DNA of 64,000 nucleotides. It comes from Opitutaceae bacterium. GTDB lineage: Bacteria > Verrucomicrobiota > Verrucomicrobiia > Opitutales > Opitutaceae. The stretch lies in NCBI GenBank assembly GCA_003164715.1, contig PLTZ01000026.1, positions 712 through 64,711 of the forward strand, given 5' to 3'. The position numbers were made by a program, and so were the translations under genes. The notes below the pieces were generated by a model. That model saw only the letters and a list, made by a program, of their open reading frames with translations, ran no database searches and had not been told where the DNA came from. Shown here one piece after another: positions 1 through 9,426 of the stretch. How positions within the stretch are numbered: position 1 is the first letter of the stretch; the number at the start of each line of letters is the position of its first letter.

Positions 1-221
1 TCGTTGACCCACGGCAGCTGGTCGGGTCCGATGTCGACCATCACGTCGTCGCTCATCTGGGCGTACACCACGATGAGCTTCGCCGCCTCGGCCGCCTCCG
101 GGCTCGAGACGCTCTTCTCCATCACCGCAATGGCCTGCAGCACCTCGTGCTTGGTCGGGGTCGCGCCCAATCCGCAGGCCGCGCAGGCCAGGAATGCAGC
201 TGCGGCAAGGGATTGCCTCAT
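1..221 (-). CDS. Putative lipoprotein, N-terminal fragment (gene runs off the window start)
   Basis: A reverse-strand ATG at 219-221 opens a frame that stays open to position 1, so it is absent from the ORF track. My own translation is MRQSLAAAAFLACAACGLGATPTKHEVLQAIAVMEKSVSSPEAAEAAKLIVVYAQMSDDVMVDIGPDQLPWVN. It has a signal peptide with a lipobox-like FLAC and GC-rich third codon positions. Confidence 0.4.
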   Translation of the reverse strand, partial: MRQSLAAAAFLACAACGLGATPTKHEVLQAIAVMEKSVSSPEAAEAAKLIVVYAQMSDDVMVDIGPDQLPWVN

Positions 222-334
222 CAGGGACAGGGTGCGGTTCACGTTCCGGGCTAATCTCGCCCCAGTCGTCGATTCGCGCAACAAGATTGGTTCGTGTTTC
301 CGGCTCATTCAGCCCATTTTCCCCTTCCTCCCCG

Positions 335-988
335 ATGTCCCAAGACCCCAACGCACTCTTCGACCAGGCCGTCCTTGACATGATCGAGCACAGCCCGACC
401 GGCGTGGTGCCGGTCACGCCTTCCTACCAGGACGCCCTGAACCGGCTCTACGCGTCGCACCAGGTCTACGCCAACGCGGACCACAAGGGCGGGCATGTGA
501 CGGCCCGCTTGCTGGCGAGGCTCCCGAGCTTCCACGCGGCCGACCTGCCTGCCCTCATCGCCGGGCGGATCGGCCCCGGGGCCCTCGAGGCCAATTCCGG
601 CGTCTTCGACCGCTACCTGTCGTCGCTGCCGGCCGACCGGCGCCTGCGGGCGGGCGCGTTCCGCACGAAGGTGGTCGGCAGGCCGGTCCTGCATCGGGCC
701 AAGCACATCGGCGCGGAGAAGGTCCAGGCCGCCCATGACCTCCCCCACACGCTCTTTCTGGTGCCTGGGGCGGGGCCCCATCCGGGCCTGCCGGGAAACT
801 ACCTGTATGGATCCGTCCTCCAGACGGGCGACGGCTCATGGGCCGTGCAGGTCCACGACAGCGACGACGGCGCCGCCTTGTTCGGCGCCGCCTCGATGCA
901 GGAGGCCCTCGCGAAGCTCCAGGAGATCCTCGACTGCGCACCCTTCCACATGAGCGAGCTCGAGGCGCTGGGCTTCAGGCAAGCGTAG
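335..988 (+). CDS. Hypothetical protein
   Basis: ORF 194..988 trimmed to the first ATG at 335 (MSQDPNALFDQAVLDMIEH...), which clears the divergent gene ending at 221. Third-position GC bias is coherent. I recognise no family motif. Confidence 0.5.
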   Translation: MSQDPNALFDQAVLDMIEHSPTGVVPVTPSYQDALNRLYASHQVYANADHKGGHVTARLLARLPSFHAADLPALIAGRIGPGALEANSGVFDRYLSSLPADRRLRAGAFRTKVVGRPVLHRAKHIGAEKVQAAHDLPHTLFLVPGAGPHPGLPGNYLYGSVLQTGDGSWAVQVHDSDDGAALFGAASMQEALAKLQEILDCAPFHMSELEALGFRQA

Positions 989-1008
989 GGCCCGGGAGGG
1001 GCGTCGCA

Positions 1009-1791
1009 ATGGAAGCGGACATGCCCCGCCTCGACCCGCTGCGGCGGTTCTCGGACCGCGTGGAGGACTATGTCCGCTACCGCCCCGGCTACCCGGATGC
1101 GGTCATCGAGCTTCTCCGCGCGAGGGCCGGGCTCTCGGAGGCGACCGCCGTGGCGGATATCGGCGCGGGCACGGGCATCTTCACGCGGATGCTGCTCGCG
1201 GCCGGAGCCACCGTGTTTGCGGTGGAGCCCAACGACGCGATGCGGACGGCGGCGGAGGCCGAATTGCGCGGGCGCGGGGGCTTCCGGAGCGTGAAGGGCA
1301 GCGCCGAGGCCACGGGGCTGGCGGACGGCGCCGTGTCGATGGTGACCTGCGCCCAGGCCTTTCACTGGTTCGAGCCGGCGGCCGCGCGCAGGGAATTCAG
1401 GAGGATCCTGGTTCCGGGCGGCTGGTGCGCCATGATCTGGAACACCGCGATCGTTGACGCGTCGGAGTTCGCCGCCGGCTATGAGCGCCTCAAGGAGGAG
1501 TTCGGCACCGACTTCAGGCACGTGCGGCACGAGTACATCGAGAACACCGGGCGGTTTGACGTGTTCTTCGGCCCCGGCAATTGGGAAAAGCGGGAATTTG
1601 GGAACTTCCAGACCCTGGACTTCGGCGGCCTCAAAGGGCGGCTGCTCTCGTCGTCGTACGCCCCGAAGGAGGGGCATCCCCGGCACCTGGCCATGATCGC
1701 GGCATTGGGAAAGCTCTTTGATCGCTGCCAGAAGGGCGGCGCCGTCCGGATGGACTACAGGACCGAGGTGTTCCTCGGGCGCCCGGCGTAG
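1009..1791 (+). CDS. Class I SAM-dependent methyltransferase
   Basis: ORF 838..1791 trimmed to the ATG at 1009 (MEADMPRLDPL...). It carries SAM-binding motif I (VADIGAGTGIFT) and a downstream AVEPN...MVTCAQAFHWF pattern typical of Methyltransf_11/25 proteins. The 339 aa antisense ORF 799..1818 is treated as spurious. Confidence 0.8.
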   Translation: MEADMPRLDPLRRFSDRVEDYVRYRPGYPDAVIELLRARAGLSEATAVADIGAGTGIFTRMLLAAGATVFAVEPNDAMRTAAEAELRGRGGFRSVKGSAEATGLADGAVSMVTCAQAFHWFEPAAARREFRRILVPGGWCAMIWNTAIVDASEFAAGYERLKEEFGTDFRHVRHEYIENTGRFDVFFGPGNWEKREFGNFQTLDFGGLKGRLLSSSYAPKEGHPRHLAMIAALGKLFDRCQKGGAVRMDYRTEVFLGRPA

Positions 1792-1866
1792 CCGCGGGGC
1801 AACGCGGCCCTTCGGCAACTTTCGTCTTGGACGACGTCCCCAACTTGGCCGACACTACAGCGCCTC

Positions 1867-2520
1867 ATGCACGCTTTCCGCACCGTTCTCTTCGACCTCG
1901 ATGGCACATTGGTGGACGCGTTCACGACCCTTCACCGGGCCTACTGCCACATCCTTCCCCAGTTCGGCCTGCCCGCCCCGACGGCGCTGGAAGTCCGGCG
2001 TGCGGTCGGTGGCGGCCTGGAAAAGGCCATGAGCCACTTCGTTTCGCCGGAACTCATCGCCGAGGCGTGCCGGGCCCATGTCGCCTACACCGAAAGGATC
2101 CTCCTCGAGGATCCGGTGCTCTACGACGGGGCCGCGGAATTGGTCGGGGCGCTCCACGCGCAGGGGGTCAAGACCGGCGTCCTCACGAACAAGATCGGGG
2201 AGCACGCCCGCGCGGTCCTTAAGCACCTCGGGATAGCCGGGCAGCTCGACCTCATCCTCGGCGCCCGCGACTGCGCGTGGCGAAAGCCCGCCGCCGAATT
2301 CACGGCCGAGGCGCTGCGCCGGATGGGCGGCGACGCGGCCCACTGCTGCCTGGTCGGCGACTCGCCGTTCGACCTCACCACGGCGAGGAACGCAGGCTTC
2401 CCCTGCTTCTGCGTCACGACCGGCACGCACGATGAGCCCGCGCTGCGGGCCGCGGGCGCCTTGTCCGTCCATCCCAACCTGCGGGCGCTGGCGGCGGCAG
2501 AATTCGGAATCGCGATCTGA
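1867..2520 (+). CDS. HAD-superfamily hydrolase (phosphoglycolate phosphatase-like)
   Basis: HAD motif I is LFDLDGTLVD, motif II is GVLTNK, and motif III/IV is VGDSPFD. Length is 217 aa. Confidence 0.8.
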   Translation: MHAFRTVLFDLDGTLVDAFTTLHRAYCHILPQFGLPAPTALEVRRAVGGGLEKAMSHFVSPELIAEACRAHVAYTERILLEDPVLYDGAAELVGALHAQGVKTGVLTNKIGEHARAVLKHLGIAGQLDLILGARDCAWRKPAAEFTAEALRRMGGDAAHCCLVGDSPFDLTTARNAGFPCFCVTTGTHDEPALRAAGALSVHPNLRALAAAEFGIAI

Positions 2521-2603
2521 GCGCGTAGGGCCGCTCAGGATCGGAAAGCGGAAGTTAGATATCGACCAGCGGTTGTCCCCTTGCAGGAATTGGCCCTGAC
2601 CGA

Positions 2604-3446
2604 ATGCGAATCGTCGAACGCCTTAGAGACTGCCTCAGCCCGGCCGCCGGAGCCTCCCGGATTGCCTTGGTCGCCCTCACAGCAGCGGCGTTTGTCAGCC
2701 GCGCGCGCGCCGCCGACGCCGCGCGTCCGGCCGCGCTGTCCGTCGCGGCGGCCGCGAACCTGGTCTATGCGCTGGACGCCCTCAATGCCGAGTTCGGGAA
2801 GACGGCCCCCGAGATCGCGGTCACGAGCGCAACGGGCGCCTCCGGCAGCCTGGTCGCCCAGATCGCGCACGGCGCCCCCTACGACGTGTTCCTGTCGGCC
2901 GACCGAGGCTTTGCGCAGGCCCTGGTCAATGCGGGGAATGCGGACGCGAAGAGCCTGAGCACGTTCGCCGTGGGGCGGCTGGTGCTGTGGACCACGAGGG
3001 CGGCAGTCGACGTCTCGGATGTTGCGGGGGCCGTCCGGAGCCCGTTGGTGAGGAAGCTGGCCGTGGCGAATGTCGACACCGCCCCCTATGGCCGGGCCGC
3101 GCAGCAGGCGCTCAAGGCCCTGGGCGCCTGGGGCGACGCCCAGCCCAAGATCGTGATGGGCGAGAACATCTCCCAGACGGCGCAGTTCGTGGAGACCGGC
3201 AACGCCGACGCCGGCTTCGTGGCGCTGTCGATCGTGATATCGCCGAGGCTGAAGGGCCGGGGCCGGTGGACGGAAGTGCCCGAGGCCCTCCACGAGCCCC
3301 TCGAGCAGTGCGCGGTCATCACGACCCGCGGTTCCGCGAACCCGGCCGCCACGCGCTACGTCGCCTTTCTGAACTCGCCAGCGGCTCGGGCGATCCTCGA
3401 GGCGTTCGGCTACGGCATCCCTCCCGGCGCCAAGCCGGGCGGCTGA
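2604..3446 (+). CDS. modA: Molybdate ABC transporter substrate-binding protein
   Basis: Signal peptide followed by ModA-like blocks: SVAAAANLVYALDAL, SGSLVAQIAHGAPYDVFLSAD, VANVDTAPYGRAAQQALKALG. No modB or modC follows. Confidence 0.7.
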   Translation: MRIVERLRDCLSPAAGASRIALVALTAAAFVSRARAADAARPAALSVAAAANLVYALDALNAEFGKTAPEIAVTSATGASGSLVAQIAHGAPYDVFLSADRGFAQALVNAGNADAKSLSTFAVGRLVLWTTRAAVDVSDVAGAVRSPLVRKLAVANVDTAPYGRAAQQALKALGAWGDAQPKIVMGENISQTAQFVETGNADAGFVALSIVISPRLKGRGRWTEVPEALHEPLEQCAVITTRGSANPAATRYVAFLNSPAARAILEAFGYGIPPGAKPGG

Positions 3447-3504
3447 CCGGGGGCGGGGCCTGGAAGGCCCCGGCGCCCGAATCCCGGCCCGACCGGTTTC
3501 CCTG

Positions 3505-3549
3505 TTGACGTCCTGAAGGTAGGGGTGATTGCTTCTCTTGTAGGACGTC
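3505..3549 (+). promoter_or_regulatory. Candidate operator/promoter upstream of the PadR gene (paired GACGTC palindromes)
   Basis: tTGACGTCCt at 3505-3514 and AGGACGTCt at 3542-3549 form an inverted repeat. Each arm contains the palindrome GACGTC, and the pair ends 14 nt before the PadR start codon. TTGACG could double as a -35 element. Confidence 0.25.
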
Positions 3550-3562
3550 TAAAGGGAAACAT

Positions 3563-3895
3563 ATGCCCACGGAAAAATCAGAGCTGCTGCAGGGGACCCT
3601 CGACATGCTGATCCTGAAGGCTCTCCAGAGGGAGTCGACGCACGGCTTCGGCCTCTCCCAGCGCATTCGCGAGATGTCGCGCAACGTATTCCAGGTCGAG
3701 ATGGGCTCCCTTTATCCGGCGCTCTGCCGCCTCGAGGCCCGCGGGCTGATCAGGGGAGCCTGGGGCGTCTCGGAAACCAACCGCAAGGCCCGCTACTATT
3801 CATTGACCCCGACCGGCCGCAGGAGGCTGCGGGACGAAAGGGTGAAATGGGAGATGCTCTCGGGAACGATCAACCTGATGCTCAGGGAGACATAG
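3563..3895 (+). CDS. PadR-family transcriptional regulator
   Basis: 110 aa with the winged-helix PadR signature LLQGTLDMLILKAL....HGFGLSQRI........GSLYPALCRLEARGLI. It sits immediately upstream of the permease, the usual PadR-ADOP pairing. Confidence 0.85.
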   Translation: MPTEKSELLQGTLDMLILKALQRESTHGFGLSQRIREMSRNVFQVEMGSLYPALCRLEARGLIRGAWGVSETNRKARYYSLTPTGRRRLRDERVKWEMLSGTINLMLRET

Positions 3896-3905
3896 GGACC
3901 CCGCC

Positions 3906-6593
3906 ATGGGCTGGCTAAGGCAGTTCGTCTTCCGCCTTCAGGCGGTCTTTAGGAGAAAAGACATAGAGGCGGAGCTGGCCGACGAGGTCCAGGCGCACCT
4001 CGACATGGCGACGGAGGCCAACCTCGCGGCGGGCATGTCCCCGGAGGATGCGCGTGATGCGGCGCTTAGGGAGTTCGGGGGCGTCGAGCAGGTGAAGGAG
4101 CGCTACCGCGACGAGCATTCCTTCGTCGGGCTCGACCAGCTCTCGGGCGACATGCGCCTGGCCGTGCGCTCGCTGCTGCGCGCCCGCGGCTTCACGCTCA
4201 CCGTGCTCTTGATCGTGGCGCTGTGCCTGGGGGCCAACGTGGTGATCTTCTCGATCGTCAACGGCGCCCTGCTTCGGCCGCTGCCGTTTCGCGATCCCGG
4301 ACGGCTTGTCACAGTGTTCAACAGCTATCCCAAGGCGGGAATCGGGTGGGCAGGCGTGTCGGTCCCCCATTATCTTGAGCGGCGAAGCGGGATCGCCGCG
4401 TTCGAAGATTCCGCGCTTATCCGCGGCGCCGTCGTCCCGGTCGGCGACGACGACGCCCCGCAAAAAGTCAATGCGCCGGGCGTCACGCCGTCGTTCTTTC
4501 ACGTGCTTGGCATCGAGGCCGCCCTCGGGCGCACGTTCACGGATGACGAGGGCGTCTATGGCAGGGACCACGTGGTGATCCTCAGCGACGGCTATTGGCA
4601 CGCGGTTTTCAACGGCGACAGGTCGGTGATCGGGCGAACGCTGCGCATCTCAAAGACGACCTATACGGTCATAGGCGTCATGCCGCCGGGTTTTCACTTT
4701 CTCGCCTACGACGCGAGGCTCTGGCTGCCGCTCTGCTTCTCAGATTATGACAAGCGCAACGACCTCCGCCACGGCGGCGGCGGCGAGATGGTCTCGCGCC
4801 TGCGCCCGGGCGCCACCCTTGCGCAGGCGCAGGCGCAGATCGACGCCCTGAATGCGCGCACGATTATGACGGATCCGATGGGCAAGGCGGTGCTCTCCGT
4901 GGGATTCCACACGACCGTCCTCGGCCTCCACGCTTTCCATGTGGCCGGGCTGCGCCCGGTGCTCCTGCTGCTGCAGACGGCCGTGCTGTTCCTCCTTTTG
5001 ATCGGCACGGTCAACCTGGCCAACCTGTTCATGGTCCGAGCGACAAGCCGGGCCAGGGAATTCATGCTGCGCCAGGTCCTTGGCGCAGGCCGGATCCAGC
5101 TAGTCCGCACCATCCTTGCCGAGACACTCCTGCTCTCCCTCGCGGGCGGGCTGCTCGGGGTCGGGGTCGGTGCGGCCGCCATCCGGGGCATGACGGCGCT
5201 TGCGGCCAACCGGCTTCCAAGCGATGTCCTGCCGAGCCTGGACCCGACCGTCTGTCTCGCGGCCGTGGGAGCCTCCGGGGTCCTCGCGCTTCTGCTTGCG
5301 CTGCCGGTCATCTGGTTGACGGGCCAGCGCAGCCCCGCCGCATCCCTGGCCGTGGAATCGCGCGGCGGTACGACCACCCGCGCGGTCCACAGGCTGCGCC
5401 ACACGCTTATCGTCGCGCAGGTCGCGCTGGCGTTCGTGCTCCTGTCGTGCGCCGGGTTCCTCGGCCTGAGCTTCGTGCGCGTGCTCGACGTGAAGCCCGG
5501 GTTTGAAAGGCAGAACCTCCTAACGAGCGTGGTGGCCCTTCCGCCGGACGGCTACAAGGAGCCGGGCCAACGCCTCGCCTTCATCGGGAAGCTTGCGTCG
5601 GCGGCCCGGTCGATGCCGGGCGTGAGCTCGGCGGCCCTTAGCAACGGGACGCCTTTCAGCGGCCGGGTGTGGGACCTCGCCTGGTTCATCGCGGGGGCGA
5701 CGGCCTCGTCCGATGAGTTCGTGAAGGAGGCCGTGTACACCTACTTTGTTACGGGGGACTATTTCGCGACGCTCGGCGTTCCGCTGCGGGAGGGCCGGCT
5801 TCTGACGGACGACGACTATCGGCTCTCCCGGAAAGTGTGCGTCATCGACGAGGAGTTCGCCAACCGGCACTGGCCAAGACACGACGCGCTCGGCCATCAG
5901 ATGGTGCTTCCGATTGATCCCAAGGAGGCGGAGAGGCAGTTCGTCACGATTGTTGGCGTCGTCGGATCCGTGAAGCAGGACGATCTCGCCGACCGCGCGG
6001 ACCGCGCGGCGGTCTATTTCCCGATCGGGGTTCCGTCGGAATTCCCGGTTCCGTCGGATTTCATGGTGAGCGTGCGCACCCAGTTCGCGCCGGAGGCGGC
6101 CGGCCCCGGGCTGCGGGCCGCGGTCATGGGCATCGACCGAAGCGCCGAGCTTTACGACATGAAGACGATGGACACGAGGGTGGGCGACAGCCTCGTCGAC
6201 CGTCGGACACCGCTTGTCCTTGCCTGGATATTCGCCGGCGTGTCACTGGCGCTTACGGTCGTCGGCATCTACAGCGTGCTCTCCTTCAGTGTGGCGCAGC
6301 GCAGGCGCGAGATCGGCGTGCGCATGGCCCTGGGCGCGCGTCCGGAGCAGATTATGGGGCAGTTCGTGGGCATGGGCCTGCGCCTCCTTGGCATTGGCCT
6401 TCCGCTGGGCCTTCTTGGGGCGTGGCTTGCGGGTCGCGCGCTGGCGGGCGCGCTTTATGGAGTGACCCCGGCAAGTCCCCTCGTGCTTTGCTGCACGGCG
6501 GCGCTGCTCGCTGCGGTTGCCATGCCCGCGTGCCTCCTTCCGTCGCAGCGGGCTGCGCACGTGGCCCCCGCCGAGGCGCTACGCAGCGACTGA
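3906..6593 (+). CDS. ADOP-family ABC-type permease (duplicated MacB-like periplasmic domain + FtsX)
   Basis: 895 aa with the characteristic N-terminus (FRRKDIEAELADEVQAHLDM...REFGGVEQVKERYRD). It has two MacB_PCD/FtsX halves, and the second half contains AQRRREIGVRMALGA. It starts 10 nt after the PadR stop. No ATPase gene is adjacent. Confidence 0.85.
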   Translation: MGWLRQFVFRLQAVFRRKDIEAELADEVQAHLDMATEANLAAGMSPEDARDAALREFGGVEQVKERYRDEHSFVGLDQLSGDMRLAVRSLLRARGFTLTVLLIVALCLGANVVIFSIVNGALLRPLPFRDPGRLVTVFNSYPKAGIGWAGVSVPHYLERRSGIAAFEDSALIRGAVVPVGDDDAPQKVNAPGVTPSFFHVLGIEAALGRTFTDDEGVYGRDHVVILSDGYWHAVFNGDRSVIGRTLRISKTTYTVIGVMPPGFHFLAYDARLWLPLCFSDYDKRNDLRHGGGGEMVSRLRPGATLAQAQAQIDALNARTIMTDPMGKAVLSVGFHTTVLGLHAFHVAGLRPVLLLLQTAVLFLLLIGTVNLANLFMVRATSRAREFMLRQVLGAGRIQLVRTILAETLLLSLAGGLLGVGVGAAAIRGMTALAANRLPSDVLPSLDPTVCLAAVGASGVLALLLALPVIWLTGQRSPAASLAVESRGGTTTRAVHRLRHTLIVAQVALAFVLLSCAGFLGLSFVRVLDVKPGFERQNLLTSVVALPPDGYKEPGQRLAFIGKLASAARSMPGVSSAALSNGTPFSGRVWDLAWFIAGATASSDEFVKEAVYTYFVTGDYFATLGVPLREGRLLTDDDYRLSRKVCVIDEEFANRHWPRHDALGHQMVLPIDPKEAERQFVTIVGVVGSVKQDDLADRADRAAVYFPIGVPSEFPVPSDFMVSVRTQFAPEAAGPGLRAAVMGIDRSAELYDMKTMDTRVGDSLVDRRTPLVLAWIFAGVSLALTVVGIYSVLSFSVAQRRREIGVRMALGARPEQIMGQFVGMGLRLLGIGLPLGLLGAWLAGRALAGALYGVTPASPLVLCCTAALLAAVAMPACLLPSQRAAHVAPAEALRSD

Positions 6594-6601
6594 GGATCCG
6601 C

Positions 6602-8326
6602 ATGCACTCGAGGAGACCCCGCTCGGATCGGACGTGCCAGTCGGCCTGGATTGCGGCCGCCCTCCTGTGGCCGGTCGCAGCTTTCGCTGCCGCGCCGCCA
6701 GGCGAAAAGGTCACCGTGCTTGATCCGGTCTTCGTGGAGGCGTCCCCGGTTGCCTCCGGGGCCGCCGGGATCCCGTGGCAGTATTTCACGGTGCCGGGCT
6801 TCGAGATCATCTCGCGCTGCCCCAACGCCTTCAACGAGGCCTATGCGCAGGCTCTGGAACGTGCGACCGCCGCCCGGCTTGCATTCCTCCCAGCGGAGTT
6901 CTGGGGGGAACTCCCGACGCCGATCAAGATCGTGATGTACAACCGGCCGCCCGATCCCAGGGAGGGAGCCGTGCAGCTGAACCCGATCGACCTGACCTGG
7001 TCCTCGGAGGACAGCGCGATACTGGGCTCGGACTCGGTGCTCCTGTCGCACCCCCTTACGCTCGGGGATGGGGACACCTACATCAACTGCGGGAACTACT
7101 GGGACATCCAGTCGGGCCTCTCCGACTTCAGCGTCGACGTGGACAGCGCAATCTTGATTGAAAGCCGCGTCCCCCACCTGCCGGCCTGGTTCATTGCCGG
7201 CACGGTGGGTCAGTGCGGTCTTTTTTCCCACAGGGCAATCCGGTCCGCGCTTCTGGGGTACGTCGCCGTCCTGCCCAACGCGATTTGGACGACGACGGAC
7301 GACACCCTCGCGATACAGCAGGAGGCTGCGAGGACGGCGAAGGGCAGGGAGAAGCCCCGCGTCCGGATGCTGCCGCCGATCGACGAACTCCTCCACAACA
7401 GCGGCAGCAGAGACCAGCGCGACCTCTGGAACGCGGAGTCCGCCCTTCTCGTTCGGTGGGGCCTCTTTGGAAGCGGCAAACGGCAGGCATTCCTCGATTT
7501 TGTGGACCAGGCGACGAGGGAACCCGTCAGCGAGGCAATGTTCAGGAGGTTCCTCGGATTTGGATATGTCGAGGCGCAACGGCGCCTTGGCGAGTACCTA
7601 CCCGATGCGGCCAGCCACTCGATCACGTTCCCGATTGCCGTCCCGGACCGCGAAGACCTTGAGATTCGGGATGCGACCTCAACCGAGGTGGCCAGGATCG
7701 TCGGGGACTGGGGACGCCTTGAAGGAAAGGCCGCGGGGTCGCTCCAGTTCGATTACAGGCGCGAATGCCTGGAACAGGCCGACGTGTTGTTCGAGCGTAT
7801 TGCCGCCCGGAAGGAGAAGGACCCTCTTTTTCTGGCCGCATTCGGTCTGTACGAGTTCCTGACCACCGACAACGTTCGCGCCCGAGACGCGCTGGAGGCT
7901 GCGGCCAGCGCCGGGGTCGTTCGTCCACGGGCCTACGTGGAGCTGGCCCGCCTGCGGCTCCAAGCTGCCCTGCCGGGCATATCGGAGGGGATAGGCGACC
8001 TGAACGAGGCCGAGTTTAGGGGCGTTGTCGGGCTGCTGACGACCGCGCGGATCCAGATGCCGTCGCTCCTTGGAGGCTATTTCCTCCTCGCGCGCACCTT
8101 GGAACACGCCCCAACGAGGCCCAGTCGAGAGGACCTCTGGCCCCTTAGGCAGGCAGTCCGCCTCTTTCCGCAGAACGCGGCCCTTGCCTACAAGGTGGCG
8201 ACCCTGTACCGGAGGTTTGGTTACGGGGACGACGCGGCTGCAATCGTCAGTCGGGCCCAGGGCTTCGCGGAGTCGGACAACGACAGGTTCCTCCTCGCCG
8301 CATTTTCGGCCGAAGGATCCAGGTAG
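6602..8326 (+). CDS. Secreted hypothetical protein (third gene of the PadR-ADOP operon)
   Basis: ORF 6422..8326 trimmed to the ATG at 6602, 8 nt after the permease stop. The N-terminus MHSRRPRSDRTCQSAWIAAALLWPVAAFAAAPPG is a signal peptide. The rest of the 574 aa shows no motif I recognise, and the C-terminal third looks helical-repeat-like. Confidence 0.6.
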   Translation: MHSRRPRSDRTCQSAWIAAALLWPVAAFAAAPPGEKVTVLDPVFVEASPVASGAAGIPWQYFTVPGFEIISRCPNAFNEAYAQALERATAARLAFLPAEFWGELPTPIKIVMYNRPPDPREGAVQLNPIDLTWSSEDSAILGSDSVLLSHPLTLGDGDTYINCGNYWDIQSGLSDFSVDVDSAILIESRVPHLPAWFIAGTVGQCGLFSHRAIRSALLGYVAVLPNAIWTTTDDTLAIQQEAARTAKGREKPRVRMLPPIDELLHNSGSRDQRDLWNAESALLVRWGLFGSGKRQAFLDFVDQATREPVSEAMFRRFLGFGYVEAQRRLGEYLPDAASHSITFPIAVPDREDLEIRDATSTEVARIVGDWGRLEGKAAGSLQFDYRRECLEQADVLFERIAARKEKDPLFLAAFGLYEFLTTDNVRARDALEAAASAGVVRPRAYVELARLRLQAALPGISEGIGDLNEAEFRGVVGLLTTARIQMPSLLGGYFLLARTLEHAPTRPSREDLWPLRQAVRLFPQNAALAYKVATLYRRFGYGDDAAAIVSRAQGFAESDNDRFLLAAFSAEGSR

Positions 8327-8391
8327 GGGACGGCCCGCCGAACCGGCCATCCCCCGTGCCTCGTCGGCCCGATCCGAGGCTCCTCAGGGCC

Positions 8392-9309
8392 TCAGGAGTT
8401 GCAGGGACAGGGCAGCCCCGCGGGCTCCACGGTATCGCGGCGGGAGACCCCGGCGTTCCGGAGGGCCTGCACCCTCTGATCGACCTTCCGGGGGCTAAGC
8501 TTTGCATCCTTCTCAAAATAGACCCAGTCGATGTCCTCCTCGTAGCTGCGGAGCTGGCGGGAGGGCGTGGCGCCCTCCCGCGTGAACCAGAGGTTGAAGT
8601 CAAAGCACATGATCTCCCGCGGATAGTACGGGCCGCCGTGGTCGGCGATCTGGCGCCCGTCGAGGAAGTACCGCACGTGGCCGCCTGCGACCTGGAGCAC
8701 GAGGACGTGCCAGCCGCCCTCGGGGCCCGGGATGACGTCGTGGGTGTTGTCCTGCGTCCCGTCCGGCAAGGGGTCCGCGGTCCTCCAGGTCGTGACAAAG
8801 AGGGCCGGCCCCTTCTGGCCCCAGCCCCCCCCGGGCAGGTACTCGAAGTCGCATTCGCTGTAGTTCGGGTTCTTGGGCACATCCACCGTGGAGAACATGT
8901 AGCAGCTCTCGACGACGCCGTCGCCCGCGGGCCCCGTTGCGGGGCCGAACGAGAAGTGCACCCGCGCCCCGTAGGTGCCCTCCTTGAATTTGCGCTGCTG
9001 GCAGATCTGCGTCTGGGTCGTGTGGCCGGGCGTCCCGTCCGTGAACGACGTCATCCGAAGGATCCGGTTGTCCGGCCTGCCGGGCTCCGCCGGAAAGGAG
9101 ACCCCCTCCCTTTTCCACGTGGCATTCTCGATTCCCGGCCAGCCCGGCGTGGTCCGCACGGTCCAGCCATGGGCCTCCAGCTCGTCCGCGCTCGCATAGG
9201 AGAAATCGTCAAAGAACACCTTCGGGGCGGCCGGGGGCGGGTCGGCCGAGAGGGCCCGCACCGAGCAGAGGAGCGCGGCGGACAGGATCAGGGGCGTTGG
9301 GCGGCGCAT
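8392..9309 (-). CDS. Glycoside hydrolase family 16-like (concanavalin-type glucanase fold), secreted
   Basis: ORF 8392..9345 with the probable start MRRPTPLILSAALLCSV (signal peptide). The ExDxE-type catalytic motif is present in SECDFEY. The surrounding beta-sandwich-like sequence includes GTYGARVHF and HVLVLQVAGGHVRYFLDG. Confidence 0.65.
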   Translation of the reverse strand: MRRPTPLILSAALLCSVRALSADPPPAAPKVFFDDFSYASADELEAHGWTVRTTPGWPGIENATWKREGVSFPAEPGRPDNRILRMTSFTDGTPGHTTQTQICQQRKFKEGTYGARVHFSFGPATGPAGDGVVESCYMFSTVDVPKNPNYSECDFEYLPGGGWGQKGPALFVTTWRTADPLPDGTQDNTHDVIPGPEGGWHVLVLQVAGGHVRYFLDGRQIADHGGPYYPREIMCFDFNLWFTREGATPSRQLRSYEEDIDWVYFEKDAKLSPRKVDQRVQALRNAGVSRRDTVEPAGLPCPCNS

Positions 9310-9426
9310 GAGGGCCGAGCATGGCGCCGGATCCGGCGAATGCAACCCGGGTTCCCCATGGGTAGATCCTCTTAGTGCCTGTTCTTAACTTGTTCGCAAC
9401 GGGATGCCCGGCCTAGGTTGGAGGGG

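Noticed and set aside
2521-2603. A possible Moco riboswitch upstream of modA.
   Set aside because: The intergenic region is only ~83 nt, shorter than the Moco RNA motif, and I could not see its conserved helices.
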